This document shows positions 11,501-26,367 of a stretch of DNA of 64,000 nucleotides, piece after piece. A program made the translations under genes and the position numbers. Below the pieces are notes generated by a model that was not told the origin of the DNA, made no database searches, and saw only the letters and a list, made by a program, of their open reading frames with translations. The stretch's first letter is position 1; the number at the start of each line of letters is the position of its first letter. The DNA is from Auanema rhodensis (Eukaryota > Animalia > Nematoda): positions 9,796,001-9,860,000 of the forward strand of contig OZ059896.1 in assembly GCA_964057225.1 (NCBI GenBank), given 5' to 3'.

Positions 11501-14500
11501 TTGGATATACAAAATCTTAAAAAATAGTTTAAAAATAAATTACAATATTATAGTTTGCTATACCATTCAAACAAGAAAATGAATATTCACGTCCGTTAAC
11601 AACTAATTCTTTGTTGTTATATTCAATTATTGGAGGATTCTAAATAAACTTTCAAATGAAAGAATAATTGAAAAGCTTGATATCTTACTGTAACTTTAAG
11701 ATTAAGAGAAGCTAAATCAGGATGTGTCATTCTGGGACATGTTTGAACACATCCATCTCCTAATTGAACAGATTGCTTATAATCTTCTTTTCTCACATAT
11801 CCAGATGTTCCTCCACGACATTCGAAGGTATTATTTTGTCGAGTTTCCTGAGTATTAAGCTCCCATATAACATCTTTAAAAGATAAATATTATTAATATA
11901 AATTATAAAAATAATAATTATTACTATCTCCTTGACATTGAACCATCACATTTTCTCCTTCAAGAATATAAACAATGTTATTAACTATATGCACTTTTGT
12001 ATTATCCCAAGTAGCTACAGCATTTGGATTAGTCTGAATATAATTAGTATAAACTTTATAATTTAAACAAAAATATGTTTGTTGTTTTATATAATAATTA
12101 CCACTGTGCTATCTAGACGACAAGCTGCTTGGCATTGCAAGAATGTTGATGTTGACTGTCCATTTTCATCAGTCCAAGATATTCCATTGGAGCAAGTTAG
12201 TACCTGCTTTCCAGTTGAATAGAATTTTGAATTTGTAGGAATATATCCTAAAAATTTTTTAAAAATCAAATAACAATTACTTATTTCAAACCTTCTTTAC
12301 ATGATATGGTAACTTTACATCCGTTTTTGTATCCAGATTCACAGTTAGTAAAGACTTGATCACCGTTTGGAACTGTAATATCAGGGCATCCGGATCCAGA
12401 ATCCATAGTACATGTTTGAATAGTAGCCTAAACAATTTTATTTAAAAAATATTTTTAATAGAAATGCGTTTCAGACTTCAGTTTTATTATTATTGCTTCG
12501 ATCAATGTATGTACCAGATTTAGGATCACAGAAAAGTATTTGTTGTCCAGCTTGTTGATGTGCAGTAGAGCTATAACTATGTCCTGAACAAGTTTATAGT
12601 TTTTAAATTTTTATAAAAGAATTATTATAACCTGGCTTACAACGAAGAGTATATGATGATTCTCCAACTACTTGCACTTGAGCCATGCCAAATTCTTCAG
12701 GACGAGAAACAACATCTAGTCCTTTTCCGTCAGTATTTAAAGCAGAACATGGCTTTAAGATTATTAAATTATTTTTTATAATATTAGAATAGTTACCAAT
12801 CCACATAACGATCCTGGGTGAGTTTCAAATCGTTGACTAATCACATTTCTCCAATTCTTTTCAGAAACTTCTCCAGGTAAGCAAACATATGCAAATTGAG
12901 TGCTTTCAGTTCTGTGAACTCCAGAATGTAATGTAGGGAATCTTCCTGAATATATTATTATATATCAAATATTATACTAATTATATATATTTTTTACCTG
13001 ATGAACATGAAACAATAACTTCACTTGCTTCCTTGTAATATATAGTTCCTTCTAATGTGCTACTTGATTCCAAAACTATGATAAAGTTTCCATCTTTTTG
13101 GAAACTTGAACATCCCAAAGCACATGAGATAACATAATTCTTTAATTTTCATTTATTGAAATTGTTTTTTATTAACTGAAATCCTACTTCATCTTCTGAT
13201 ATCCATTTATGATTTCCTTGTGAATCAGTTGTACAGGAAATTTTTTGAGAATTTTGTTTTGTATTTGTTGAATATGATCCTACAGTTAAGTAACTATATG
13301 GTATTATTCAAACATAATTTACCATTCATGCAACGAAGACTCAATTCACATCCAACATTTCTTGGTTCCTGCCCACATTGAGATCCTGTTTGGGTAATAG
13401 AAATCTTATTGATAGTAGTATCAAGAGCTGGGCATTTCGGTAATTCACTTCGTACACATGATGCAAGCTGAAAATATTTTTTGTGATTAAATCGTTTATA
13501 TGAAGAAATATTTATAATCATACTTGAACATTTGTTTGATTTGTATCCATATCTCTATAACCCATTGAAAGACTTGAACAAGCAAGTCTCTGCTGTCCAC
13601 GAGTTGCTTGTGGAGAATCTTGAATATTTAATTATTACATACACAAATAAATAATAAGAAATACTTTTAGGAAACTCATAACCAGAAGCACATTTAGCGG
13701 TATATTCCATATTAACTACAAACCGCTGGCCATCACGTTCATAGACCATAGAATCAGCTTTGTAAACTGGAGTTAACAATGTCTGAATCAAGAAATTTTA
13801 GAAATAGAAAGAATGACACAACAAACTCCAGGTGATTCAGTTCCTTCAAGTCCTTTACATACTCCGCTACAAGCATCACCAGGAATTGTATTATAACGAT
13901 AAGAAGTTAATTTCATATATCTATCACTACCTCCCTTAAATATAAATTATTTTATAATAATAAAATCATAACTTACAAGACATTTGTATGTAATTTCGTT
14001 TCCATTTACTTTATCAGCATGATTGTTTATATCATATTCTTAATTTATTATTATTAAAAGAAGGTCATCATATAATCTTTCAAATACCTGGTGTTTTACA
14101 TTTGATTGTAACTTCAGCTCCAGCCATTAGATATTCATTTGAACCATAATGAATAGTATTGGATGGTGACTTAGTATAGATAGCCGTCTCCATATTTTTG
14201 ATAACCGAACATGCTGGTAAGCATTTCAATGGCTGTACATTCTTATTATTATTCTATAATATATAAATAAACAAAAATATATATATATTGTCTTGAATTG
14301 TCAAACATTTGCATCAACAAATCCATCGGTTCCAGCTTTACAAACTAATTTTTGGTCTCCAGTAGGACTTGTACCTTGGCTATTATCCGGAGCATATCCT
14401 ATATTCATATTTATCTATTTATGAAACAATAAATTAATGCAAATACCTTCTTTACATCTTATTGTAAGAGAACATCCTTCTGGTGTTAAGCCCTCTTTTT

Positions 14501-16829
14501 CAGAGCAATCGTTGTTATAGATAATCTCAGAATTAGGATATGTTTGAGTATTAACTAATGTACATCCTTGACTTCCATCTCGTACACAAGTCATAGGAAC
14601 TGACTAATATCCGAGCAAGTTTAAGAAGAAATTTAAAAATTTCAACATACATTTGTGTTTCCAGTTTGTGTATTCTTCCATCCTTCGGTATTTCCAAGAC
14701 AGCTAAGAACTTGTTTATTTTGATTATCATTAGGATCTGGTGATCTATAACCTGTAAATAAAAATTATATAAATCTAGATGTATATAAATATAAATTTTA
14801 CCGTTTTCACATGTTACTGTTACAACTGATCCTGATTGTACGAAATTCTTATTGCTTTTATTAACGATAACGGCATTAGTTACAAGCTTCGTACCAACAG
14901 GTGATGGATAGGTAATCTCACAGCTCTTCGTACATGATGCTGGATTCATATTACCGTTGTCATTCATCTTATCATCTAAATCCAATGTTACAAGCGAACG
15001 TCATTATCATTGATCATCGTTTTACCAGCATTCTTCCATCCGTCACTACGACATACATAAGTTAGTTGACTTTGGCTATTCTGATTAGGAATATTAGGTC
15101 GAATATATCCTTTAAATATTTTGTTGTTTTTCAATAAAATTTTACAAATTCACCATCTTTGCATGATGTAATCATTGTATTTCCTATGTGATGGTATTCA
15201 AATTCTCCGTTTCTACTCTGAAAAAATATTTTTGAATTTCAAAAAGAATTCATCAGCATCAAGAAATTATCAACTTACTGTTGATCCTGATTCTTGAATA
15301 GTGTTAGTTGATTGTTGTTGGGCACTAGTTAATTTTGAACATCCGCTTATACATGTTTCTCCATATCGACCAGAACCATCTACTTGAGCATTCGAACCAT
15401 CGGGTCTTTTCCATTGTCCTTCTTTACATGATAAAGCATATCCATTTGGATTTGTTTTCATGTAAAATCCTTGATTAATTCCAGAACCTTACAATTTGAA
15501 CAAAACAATTTTCTTTTTAATTTATAAAATTTTAATATACTGTTAGTATTGCAGCGAATAATTGCTGTACATCCGTTGCCAACAACACCCGAATTTGGAG
15601 AACATGGCCCTTCATAAGAGAAGACAGCATCTCGAACAATATTGGCATTGGATAACATTGGACATCCATTAGCCATACACTAATAATATTTATAAATTAT
15701 ATATGTTTCGAAGTTATTCATTACCGATTTTGGAGAAGCTGAGTTAGTTCTAGTGTCAGGATCATACCAAGCATTTTTTCCTCCTGTACATGTTAAATAC
15801 TGGAAACCAGAAGCAGAATGTGGTGATGAATATTTGTATCCTGAATTAATAAGTATACTGCATGTATAGTATATAACTAACCATCTGCACACTTAAATTG
15901 ATATGTTGATCCTGAAATCAAGACTTTACGTCCATGATACTCACGAACATAGTTCGAGAATGTGAGAGGATTTGACATTATTTTTACGTTATTTGGTATA
16001 TCTCTGAAATAGCTAGTAACTAGGAAATAGTATGATATTCTAACCGAGCATCCAATGGTTCACAAATTGCACGACATACAGCTGGATAACTGTTTTCTTT
16101 TGAAGTAACTACATCAAACCATCCAGTTTTTTCAGTACAACGATGGTTATCTTCCTTATTTTCTTCATGTTTTATATTATGAAATACATATCCTTAAATC
16201 ATATTATAAGTTAATATAATTATTTAATTATAACAAGTAGTACCTTCTTTACAAACTGTCCTTACAACTGTATCTAATGGCCAAAACTGAATAGCTCCAT
16301 TACGATAAATTTCTGTTGGACGTCCAATACCAGAATATGTTGCATTAGCCATTTCTGTGTTTGTTAAAACAACACATCCTTTAACACATGTTGGAATCTA
16401 TAAACTTCATATTATTCTCATATAAAACAAATTATATAAAAATTTTGAAAAAGAACTTACAACAGCTTTATTTGAAGCAACAACCCACTTATTATTGTTA
16501 TTACAAGTAATATCAATACCTGCTCCAGTAGTATCTCTTGCAAGATAATATCCAAATTTATTTTCAATGTTTCCTAAAAAAAATTAATTTGCTATAATTA
16601 AAAAAAGTTCTAAATGAATATGGATTAACCATATCATATAATTACCTGGATTACAACGATAACGAAGAGTACATCCAACTTTAGCTCCAACTACATTCTT
16701 GCAAGCTGGTGTATCTTTCGCACTTGGAGATATATCAGCTTCTCTACCAAGATCAGTGTATGAACAGAAAGCTCTAACTTCATTCACATGAACTAACAGA
16801 TAGAGCAAGAAGAACAATTTCATTTTCAT
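8513..16829 (-). CDS. Large secreted protein (~2000 aa, ~46 exons) of ~24 tandem atypical CCP/Sushi-like modules
   Basis: Signal peptide MKMKLFFLLYLLVHVNEVRA. Exons splice in frame to TAG at 8515-8513 (...IQDTCV*). Repeated pattern C-x(25-40)-C-x2-G[YF]-x(12-20)-C-x(3-8)-[WY]-x(10-20)-C with short inter-module linkers (CVKGC, CRAIC, CISGC, CTKSC). No transmembrane segment seen. Confidence 0.85.
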
Positions 16830-17287
16830 CAGAATTTCGATGAAGCAAATGATGTTCTTCGAATTGAAATATCAACTGAACAAGAAGTCCGTTCAGTAGT
16901 TCGTTTGAATATCAGCGATATGAAAGCTTATGATGTAAAATAAAAATGGCTCACAAGGCCATTTCTGCATAAAGAATCAGAAAGATGTAACTATTATCTC
17001 ACGTATAATAGCCTTATAATGTAATAACTTTATGTGAATCTATTGATATTATGATAATTCTATTTTCAGATCATTATTCATATCATATAATCATACAATT
17101 CATTCATTCATTCGTTCATTCATATGCATACAAATATTAAAATTCATTTATTCTTAAATATCTTTTTTATTTATTTTCTGTTTTAAACATGAAGATAGCT
17201 TCATCATAATTATCATATATAGTATAAATATAGATAATCATGTTATACATATAACTAAATTAATATTTCTTTCTTTAAGATTTGAGA

Positions 17288-19944
17288 TCAATTTACATTT
17301 TCTTCCAATAAGAAATGATCATATTCATGCTGTTTCTCTGGCCATGGTTCACTGAAATAGAAAAAGATTATTTCATTCGGAAATGCAAAGTTCTTTGACT
17401 TACTTTCGACCAAAATATGTTAAATGATATATCTTAGCAGTGTCGGCGGGTTTTTCAAAGAAACTAATGCAGATGCCAACGGTCATCATGATTATGAAAC
17501 CTACACCAGAATATCCATACGTGGAAATTCTAAAAATTCGAAGCATTCATACAGCAATTCGAAGTTTGTCTAACCTTGCTATGAACCAAGTGTTTGGATC
17601 TCCATAATGTCCATCAAATGATGGTATTGGCCGTACAGTAAAATTAGAAGATCCACATCCTTCGATTCTGAAACATAATTATTATATTAATTAATTAATA
17701 TAATAATATATAAATTACGTTGAATTTGTTGGCAAAAAGTATTGACTATAAGGATCTTGAACATAATTTGCTAAGCAAATTATGAACATTATAACATTTG
17801 ATACAATGAATGATGTAATGCAACTCCAGAAGCCTGATCGAGGTACAAACATTGCTAACACAAAAATGGCAACCATAGGACCTGACATTGCTCCCATCAC
17901 ACTAATACATACCTGAATCATATATGTAAATTTTGATTAAAACATTACTATCTTACTCTAAGTATACCGCCTAAAGCTTCAGCTGAAAATGCCAATCCAG
18001 TAGATACTAATCCACCAATAATCACAATTGCCTAAATGTAATTTTCTAATTTCTTTTGATGAATAATAATAAAATTTGAAATTCTCAAAATTCAAAAGAA
18101 GCAAATCAATTAAAAGAAGATCATTTTCAAATTCACGATTATTGAGAGCGGCTGTTTCCTTTTTCATTTTAGCTATCATAAGAGTTTTATGCGGTCGACA
18201 CGTGCTTTTCATGTTAAAATCTTCATGAACAGCTGATTGATTCATTTGTAATTGACGTAAGAATATAATCAATCTTCAATTGAATTATTTGAACTTTTCA
18301 TGAGAAAATTAATTATTGAAATACATCCTTGTCTATGTAGTATAGAATTATAATTTACCTTATTCAATCTAGTTGCTTGAGTATCAGTAATTTTTCCATC
18401 ATATTTCGTTTTCAAAAAATCTTCATAAATAGCAGCTGCCATACTATTCATGCCACTGCTTAAAGTAGAAAGAGTTGCTGACATAATACTCGATACATAA
18501 AGTCCAAATAAGCCTGGAGTTGGTTCTGTAATAATTGTATTTTTAGTTAATTATATGAATATATGCTAACTAACGTAAAACATTTTTAGCAAAAAGAATA
18601 GTGATATGATCAGTCTCTTTGATTTGTCCTGTTTCTAATGGATTACAATCATAGAAATATGCTAGAACAATTAATCCAATGAATGTAACAGTTGATACTA
18701 ACAGTAGAAATGGTAGAAGAGTATAATAAATTATATTCTAAATATCTTTTAATTTTTGAACTTCAAGTTTAAACTTTTACCTGAGCATTTTTTAGACTTG
18801 GTAAACTTGAATATCTTTGTATAGCCAATTGATTAACTCCAAAAGATGCCAACCAAGTGATTGTTCCAGCAAAAATATTAATCCAAGTACTGTTATACTT
18901 CACAAGAAAAGAAATATATTGTTATGTAGTAGGAAAGGAAAATACTTGATCAAGCCTCCAATCAAAACGGAACATTTCATCAAATCGTCCACTAATTTGA
19001 GCAATTTCAATTACTCTACCAAGTCCACCAACTCGTGGATGAGCTAGTCCTTTATAAATAATTGCAAAAACTCCACCATACATTAGTACAGCCTAAATTA
19101 TATTTTATATTAAAAAATTGATAAATAGATTGTTAAAAAACGAAACCTGTAATGAATCTGTCCAAACAACAGCTTTCAATCCACCAATACATGTATAGAG
19201 TGTTGTGCACAATCCAAAAATCTGAAAAAAAAATTTAATAAGAAAAGAAAAACTTGAATTCACAACTTACAAGAATTAAATAAGTTTTATCAATTTTGAG
19301 CACAGGTGAAAGAGCAACTGATGGAGCATAAATCACTACAGACATGTATACAATTGTGAAGGCAAGAAATAGTAACGAAAATAGCTGACGAATTAATTTG
19401 GAATTATATCTGAAAAAATTAAAATTAATTTTTAAATATAAAAAATAATAATTATATTAACCTGTGAATAAAATATTCATGTAAACAAGTACATTTCATT
19501 TTATGAAAAACAGGAAGAAATATTAAACATGTGCATATAGACGAAACAACTCCTATAGCAAAATTTTGCCAAATTTGAGATCCTATAAATAGCATAATTC
19601 GATAAACAATAGTAATTTTAAACTTTGCAAAACCTCGTTGAAACATCTCAGCTGGAACACCTAGCATGAGTATTCCTGAGAGGAAAGTTGTAAGTAAAGA
19701 AAGAGCCACAGGCAACGATGGCATCTTTCTTCCTCCCATAAGATATTCATCTTTTGCTGATGTTTTAACTTCACCTTTCGATAAAAGTATATTACTTCTG
19801 TAACATAAGACTTAACTTTAATATTATAATTAATATTTATATTTATTACTTGATAGCATGATAAACTCCTGTTCCTATACTCAATAATAATGAACCAGCG
19901 AAGATGGCATAGTCTAGCCATGATAATGGAGCATCCTCAATCAT
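17288..19944 (-). CDS. SLC5/SSS-family sodium:solute symporter (SMVT/SMCT-like), multi-exon
   Basis: MIEDAPLSWLDYAIFAGSLLLSIGTGVYHA, EYLMGGRKMPSLPVALSLLTTFLSGILMLGVPAEMF, YTCIGGLKAVVWTDSLQ, GVNQLAIQRY and SATLSTLSSGMNSMAA are SSS-family motifs. Exons splice in frame to TGA at 17290-17288. Confidence 0.93.
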
Positions 19945-22900
19945 CTCTAACTATATTCATACAGCAGTATTAGCAAAAGCAATAAACTACTTGAATCTAT
20001 AAACATAATAAAATTATTATTTTATCATATAATTATATAAGATAATTTTAAAAGTGCAATAGCTAAGGTAGCGGATAAACTCTAAGAATCGATCTGATTT
20101 ATCTGGATGATAGAAGCCTAGGAAGAAATTTCAAATTGTTTCACCACCATTGGTCTTTCAGCAAGAGAACTTTCACAACTGAGAGACAGAGAGGTAGAGA
20201 TAGAGAAACAATTGTGACAAGAAAGAAATAGAGAGAGAAAAAGAGAGAAAAAAAGAGAGAGAGAAAGAGAGAGAGAGAGATATGAAAGAAGAAATGAGGT
20301 GAAGATAGTGTAGCAGAGATTCTAATAGAATGATGGCTTAGAATGATGTAACATAGATTTAGCGAACATGACAGTAAGAGAGAACTTGAGAGCAAGAGAA
20401 TAAAGGCAAAATGAAAAAAATTGTGAAGTGATTAAAGAAATGAATCAGGGAATGGATATAAATAACTGATGAATGAGAAATGAATAAAAAAATTTGCTGA
20501 AACCTATTGAATTTCCAAAGTTATCACAAGTTTCTTTTTATACCTTTTATAACCAGAGTTTATCAAATAAGAGTTCAAAAAACTTTTCTTTTTCATACTT
20601 CATTGAATGAAAATATTATCAATTTATATATAAATAATATATATAAATAAAGCTGATTGAAACAAATTTTTGATCGAAAATTCAAAAAATATTATGATGT
20701 CAATAGAAATTTCTTAAATATTTCTGGTAAAGTGGTTGTTAAGATAAGTCACGAAGTAATACTTTGGCAGACAAAAAATTTGTTGTAAAAGTGAACGTCT
20801 GCTTTTTCAAAATAAATTTCAAGACAACTTATCTATTATCTCTGATTTTTCTTTCTAAACTATTAGATGTTTAACAAGTATTTGTGCTGAAAAAATGTTT
20901 AAAATACATGCTCAAAGATAGTTAAATTGGTAGAAAATTGAGAAAAAGCTTATTCATAGTTTCAGAAGTACACTTATGCTAAGGCTATCAGATTACATTC
21001 CTTACATCATGTACATGTATATGTATACAGATGAAGTTACTCAAAGAAACTATTATTATACTTAAAGATAATATTATAATATTAATTATAATATTATATA
21101 ATAAAATTTTCTTTTTAAATTAAAAATATATTTTTGATATTTTAATTAGAGAAGTATAATTATTTGATAAGTAATACGCATATGTATATATAAACTTAAT
21201 TATTTTTAATTATAATATAGTTATACTACTTGATTTAACTATTAATTTAAATATTTCCTTCTTTACATCTGTATATATATGTATATATGGAAAGCTTCAT
21301 CATTTTGTTATATTTACAACTGTTTTCATTTCATGATGACCCTTAGTTCAAGACAATTAATTATTTGTCTAATCTTTAAGGGACATCGCAAAGTCATGTC
21401 AAACGTTCTTCACGTACATAAATACATAGACTCCATTAGAAACATGAAAAAGAGATGAAGAACTATAAACTATACGAGAAGACTATAGGAAATGAAGAAT
21501 TCATCTGTGTAGAAAGATAAACGATGAGATTAGGGACTGACCCTATTATATCTATTTTCGTCATATCAGGAGTTCTTGTCACATACATGACATCTTAACA
21601 AAAACATTTATTCTAAGATTATATTTAATTAATTATTTATTTATTTTTAACTATATTGATGATATGTATTAGTATATTTAATAGTTATTATGTTCTATTT
21701 TATTCATTTTTCATTATTTGGATGTAGTCAATCAACGATGCGATGTTTTATAAGCATTCGGACAACGTCGCCGTTAGCTTCACCCTTGCTGATTATTTGT
21801 TTTAACAGACGAAACTATTCAAATCTCTTATTCTTTCATTCTCTCTTCAATTTATTTCTACCTTTCTCCTCTTCTCTCTATCATTTCTCTCTCTCTCTCT
21901 CTCCTTTTTCTATTTCTTACAATCACACCTTTCCTCTTTTGCAATCATTCATTCAATAGCATATGTATATAAGGTTATGGCCATTTGAGTTTTAATGTTG
22001 AATCGGATCTTTAATACCGGTATAATGATATCCATACAAGTTTTGATCGTTAAAATACATTGTGTAGAATACGTTTGAATCTCATTCAGAGATAAACTGG
22101 ATGAACGCAATGACTTTGAAGAACAATGAGTTTGAACGAAAATGTTGATAGAAGTAGCCATTAATGCTAGAAAAGCTATCACGAATAGGCAGTTGACCTT
22201 TTGCTCTGTACAACATTACCCAGTACGTCTATCTTCTATCGTGCAATGTATTAGTTTCGGTTATTGTCAGTACGTCTTCTGTCTTGCTGTCTTTTTCTTT
22301 TCTTCATCATTGTCTTAAGAGATCTCTTCGTACATTCATCTGCCCTCTTTTCTCTCTTTAACTCACGTTTCTCTTAGCTCTCTTAACTTTTCGATCCTTT
22401 CCCATCTCTTTCTTTCTCGTCTACTCTCCAACAAATCAAATGTTTGTCTCGTTTCTGTCGCACCTCCGCCGCCCACCCACACGCTATTCCCTCCTTTCTT
22501 CTTACCTCCAATTCCGCCTTTCCCTCAGCCACCACACGTGTACAATACCTTTATTCATCTTTTTAAATGTTTTTGCCCTCTTCCTCTCTCTTCTTTCTTG
22601 TTTTCTTTAATTCTGTCTGTGTCTCCTCACTAGTATATTCATCACTGTTGATCTTAAATATATAACAAGCTACTAAGTAAGATATATTGAACATATAGTT
22701 AATGAATTTTGAATATTTTCTGTTATTTCGAACTAGTTTCTTACTCAAATACTTTCTGTAGTTGTTATAGTAGAACTTCAATCACATTTTATATTTTCAT
22801 TAAATCATTAAAGTTTTACAATTCATTCATAGTTAAATTTTGTATTTTCACATTTGTTCTTCATTAAGCATGAATATTCAATCTTGTTGCAAACATTATG

Positions 22901-24779
22901 ATCATTCTTATAATGTTGTTTCTCCCTCTTTCTTTCTTTCTTTCTTCCTTCCTTCCTTCTTCTCTTTTCTATCTTTCTCTATCAAATGATGTACATCATA
23001 TGAACTACGTACAACTCATCTCTTTCGAACAGAGAGTAACGGAATCACTTACGAAAAGGACCATGACTAGAGATCCGTATGTTATAGACTAATATAAACG
23101 AAATGTACTGAAAAGACGATGGATTCTATGTGTAGTTCGTATTGCAAAACTGAGATGTGAGAGTCATGGTTAGAGAAGCAGATGCTGAATGCTACAGAGA
23201 GACGCAGAATGGCCTTTAGGCAAACCGAAACGCTAAGAGAATGTCTGCTACTTGGTTAGTATTGAGAGCGTCTGGGTGCCGGATCTTCAGAGCCAAGAAG
23301 ATGCCGTTAGCGGCTGTTGCGCTTCAGGCTAGTTCGTCTCCGCCACTACAACGACCATCACTTCAATTTCAACAAGCCCCTATTTTGAAGTTAATCTTTT
23401 CATTTTTTTTTGTGAGCATTATTTCAAAAAGTTAGTTGCTATTGCATTGATTTTCTGTTTTTTTTATGACATTATGCTGTATTGAAGTGATGCTCTTTAT
23501 CTCTCCCTTTACGACCGATATATTCCTATCTCTTCCTTCTACTTTTTGATTTGAAATTCGTCTAGATATCTTTTATCTCTTATGTTTCTTTACTCTTTCT
23601 GTGCCGAGCTTCTGAGCTTCGTTTCTCAACTCTCTGGCAAGTCTGCCATTTTACACTATTTTCTGGAGGTTTGGTTTAGTTACCTCGGGCCAATTGGACG
23701 CTGTCTTTTATCTCTTTCCCTGAGAATATTTCATATATCTTCTATTCCTCTAATCTCTGTTTTTCTCTAATATCTTCAGATTCTCTACGCTTTTGTACCT
23801 ATCTCTCTGTCATTATAGTTTTCTTTTGTGATTTCTCATCTCTTCTTGCTCATCCTCATCTCTATCTGTCATTTCTCAACTTCTTTAGCTTCTATTGCTC
23901 CAATCTCACTTCAAACTTCTATTTCTTTTCTTTTCACTTCTTTTCTGATCTTTCTGGCAATAACTTCAGACAATCCACCCACCTATGCATGCCATGATCT
24001 GACCACCTAAGATCCAACCAGCAGCAACAGCGGTAGCAGCATAGGCTATGAGCTATCATACCACCCACCCAAATCATATCCTCCCACTCATTTTTTCGAA
24101 ACACATTCTAAAAAATTTATTTCATCTTTTTTTCTTATTTTCTCTTCTTGTTTTCTGGTATTTCGTTCATTCATTCTCTTTCTCGTTTTCTTTTCCCTCG
24201 TAATATCTCTCTCTCTGTCAATGTTGTTACTCTCAGTTTCTATGTATATTCATTCGCGGGTCTGTAGCCTGCTTCTTGTTTTGTTCTCAAAACACAATTC
24301 AAACGTGTCATTCAGAGTAATGTTTACATTACTGTCTTCGGCTATTTAACGTATTCTTTACCTCATACATATAGTTATATATATATTTATATTATTTCTT
24401 CCTATATTATCTATCTAATATTAATTATTTTTCATATAAAAGCAATAGTATATTGCTCTTTTGAATATATTGCTTCATTTGCTTCACAGCCCCAATTTTC
24501 TTCCAACAAAAGAGTTTGCTTTCCTATCATCAAACATTATTTCCTCCACGTGCGTCCATCCTCATGTTTCTTCTTTTGCCGTAAAGTGCCTAACAGTATT
24601 TCTGCATTTTTACGCTTTCATCTCTCTGGATAAGTAAATAGTACTTTAAATTTAGTTTTTTTTGGACTTTTATTACGATAAATTTTATATTGACCTACTA
24701 TTTTGTTATATACAATATGATTTCGTTGTTAAGATCAATCTCGCTTACCATAACTATCGTAGTCCCTCAGGAATGGAGG

Positions 24780-25560
24780 GACAGCTATGCACAAGAGCCC
24801 TACGGCAAGAGCAACAAAGCGAGAGAGAGAGAGAGAGTTGACGAGGTTGAGAGTAAGTGAAGATAAGGAGAACAAGGGGATTAAGAAGAGAGAGAGAGAA
24901 AAAGAGAAAGAGAGAATGAGAGAGAGAGAAACTTGGTATCTGTGAGAAAAGGGGTGGGTCAAGAAAAGACAGTGGGATATGAGAGGATCTGCGGGGGACA
25001 GCAGCATAGAGCGCCGGATCTCTTGAATGGCTGTGATTTCAGTGTTTCTTCGTCTTTCTATCCCTCTTTACACTGGGTGGTTGTTCAGGAGAATGAGCGA
25101 GAGCTAAGGCACGAAAGCAGTCTGTCCTCATAGTTCTTTGGAGTTTTTCTCTCAGTATCCTCATCATCTAAACTCTCTACCTTATTTCTTCTTTTTCTCT
25201 CTCTGTTTTTCAGTCTTTCCTAAATCTGTTCCTTGCAGCCATCCCTCACATTTCCTGCCCATTTTCTCTGTATCTTTTGTCATTTCTCTCTATCTTATTC
25301 CGTATCTCTTTCTTCACAACAACCGACCATAGCAAGCACCTCTGTTTTCATCCTCCTGCCAGCGTCAGCTTTTCTGCGACATCACTTTCCCATTGTATCG
25401 GCAACGTTTTCAGTTTTCAATTCGTCCATTCCCTGTTCTGACCATCTGGATATCTGGCTCCTTCTTCGCTTTGATTCGTCACCTTCCTCCTGGTCCCTGT
25501 CAATCTTTTTTTTTCTCCAGAATTCGGTTTGATTCATTCACCATCCTTTGTTTCTCTTCA
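24780..25560. promoter_or_regulatory. GA-rich then CT-rich block upstream of deb-1, probable promoter/outron region
   Basis: (GA)n-rich 24780-24990 switches to CT-rich 25130-25560, about 0.8-1.5 kb before the deb-1 start acceptor (TTTTACAG, 26324). Confidence 0.4.
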
Positions 25561-26367
25561 TCAAAGTTTTCGTTTTTAAATTTTTGAAGCAATCAATCTG
25601 TGAATATGCTATATATTGTATATACATCTAATCAAATTGTCAGCCAGATTATCCATCCAAATGATAAAACCCGGTGATGTAGTCAAGATGACTGTCGGCA
25701 TATCTATTGATTTTTGGTCATTTTCCATTATTTCCCCTTTATGTACTACAACTGATGACTACTGACCTTCAGATAATTACCAGTTCGTCGTCCTAAATTT
25801 TCTCTTTTCTTCTTTATGAGCTATTAGATTTTGGTAAAAGAATCTTTATAATGCACACATGTATAATCCATACAATACGTCCGTCTCTTTATGTCATCAT
25901 CCGTTTTGCCAGAAAATGTTCAGGTCCGTCCGGAACAACAATCATTCTTCGAACACTCAACATGCTTTACATTCGATCGAGACGTATCTCTGTTTGATAT
26001 TGTCATGTCGATCTATTTCCTCATTTCAAAATACTTCACATATCGTTCTTATCGTTGACAAAGCGTTTGCCATTGGAAATTGACTGGGTGAATACACAGA
26101 AACTTTCCATTTTTATCTTGAAATTCTTGCTCTTATCAAGAAAACTTAGATCTGCAATTTTCTATTACCGCCATTTGTCTATTTATTTTCTTTCATGTCC
26201 TCTAAATAATTGATAAATTTTGTGTATTGAATATATCAGCTATTAACGCTAATTTTTCTTTTTTTCATCTTTTTGAAGATTTTTTTTAGAATTTTAAGGC
26301 TATATCTTCATTTTCTTTTTACAGTAATGAAGTAGTTGGGTACCGGTGTATAGACAAGTGAATCGTG

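Noticed and set aside
21005-21295. Possible MITE bounded by ATACAGATG/CATCTGTAT
   Set aside because: Short inverted repeat in low-complexity AT sequence, with no target-site duplication or second copy.
20141-25587. Many 60-100 aa hydrophobic ORFs between the SLC5 gene and deb-1
   Set aside because: Translations of CT/GA-rich non-coding tracts, many with TTG/GTG starts, and no consistent splice structure.
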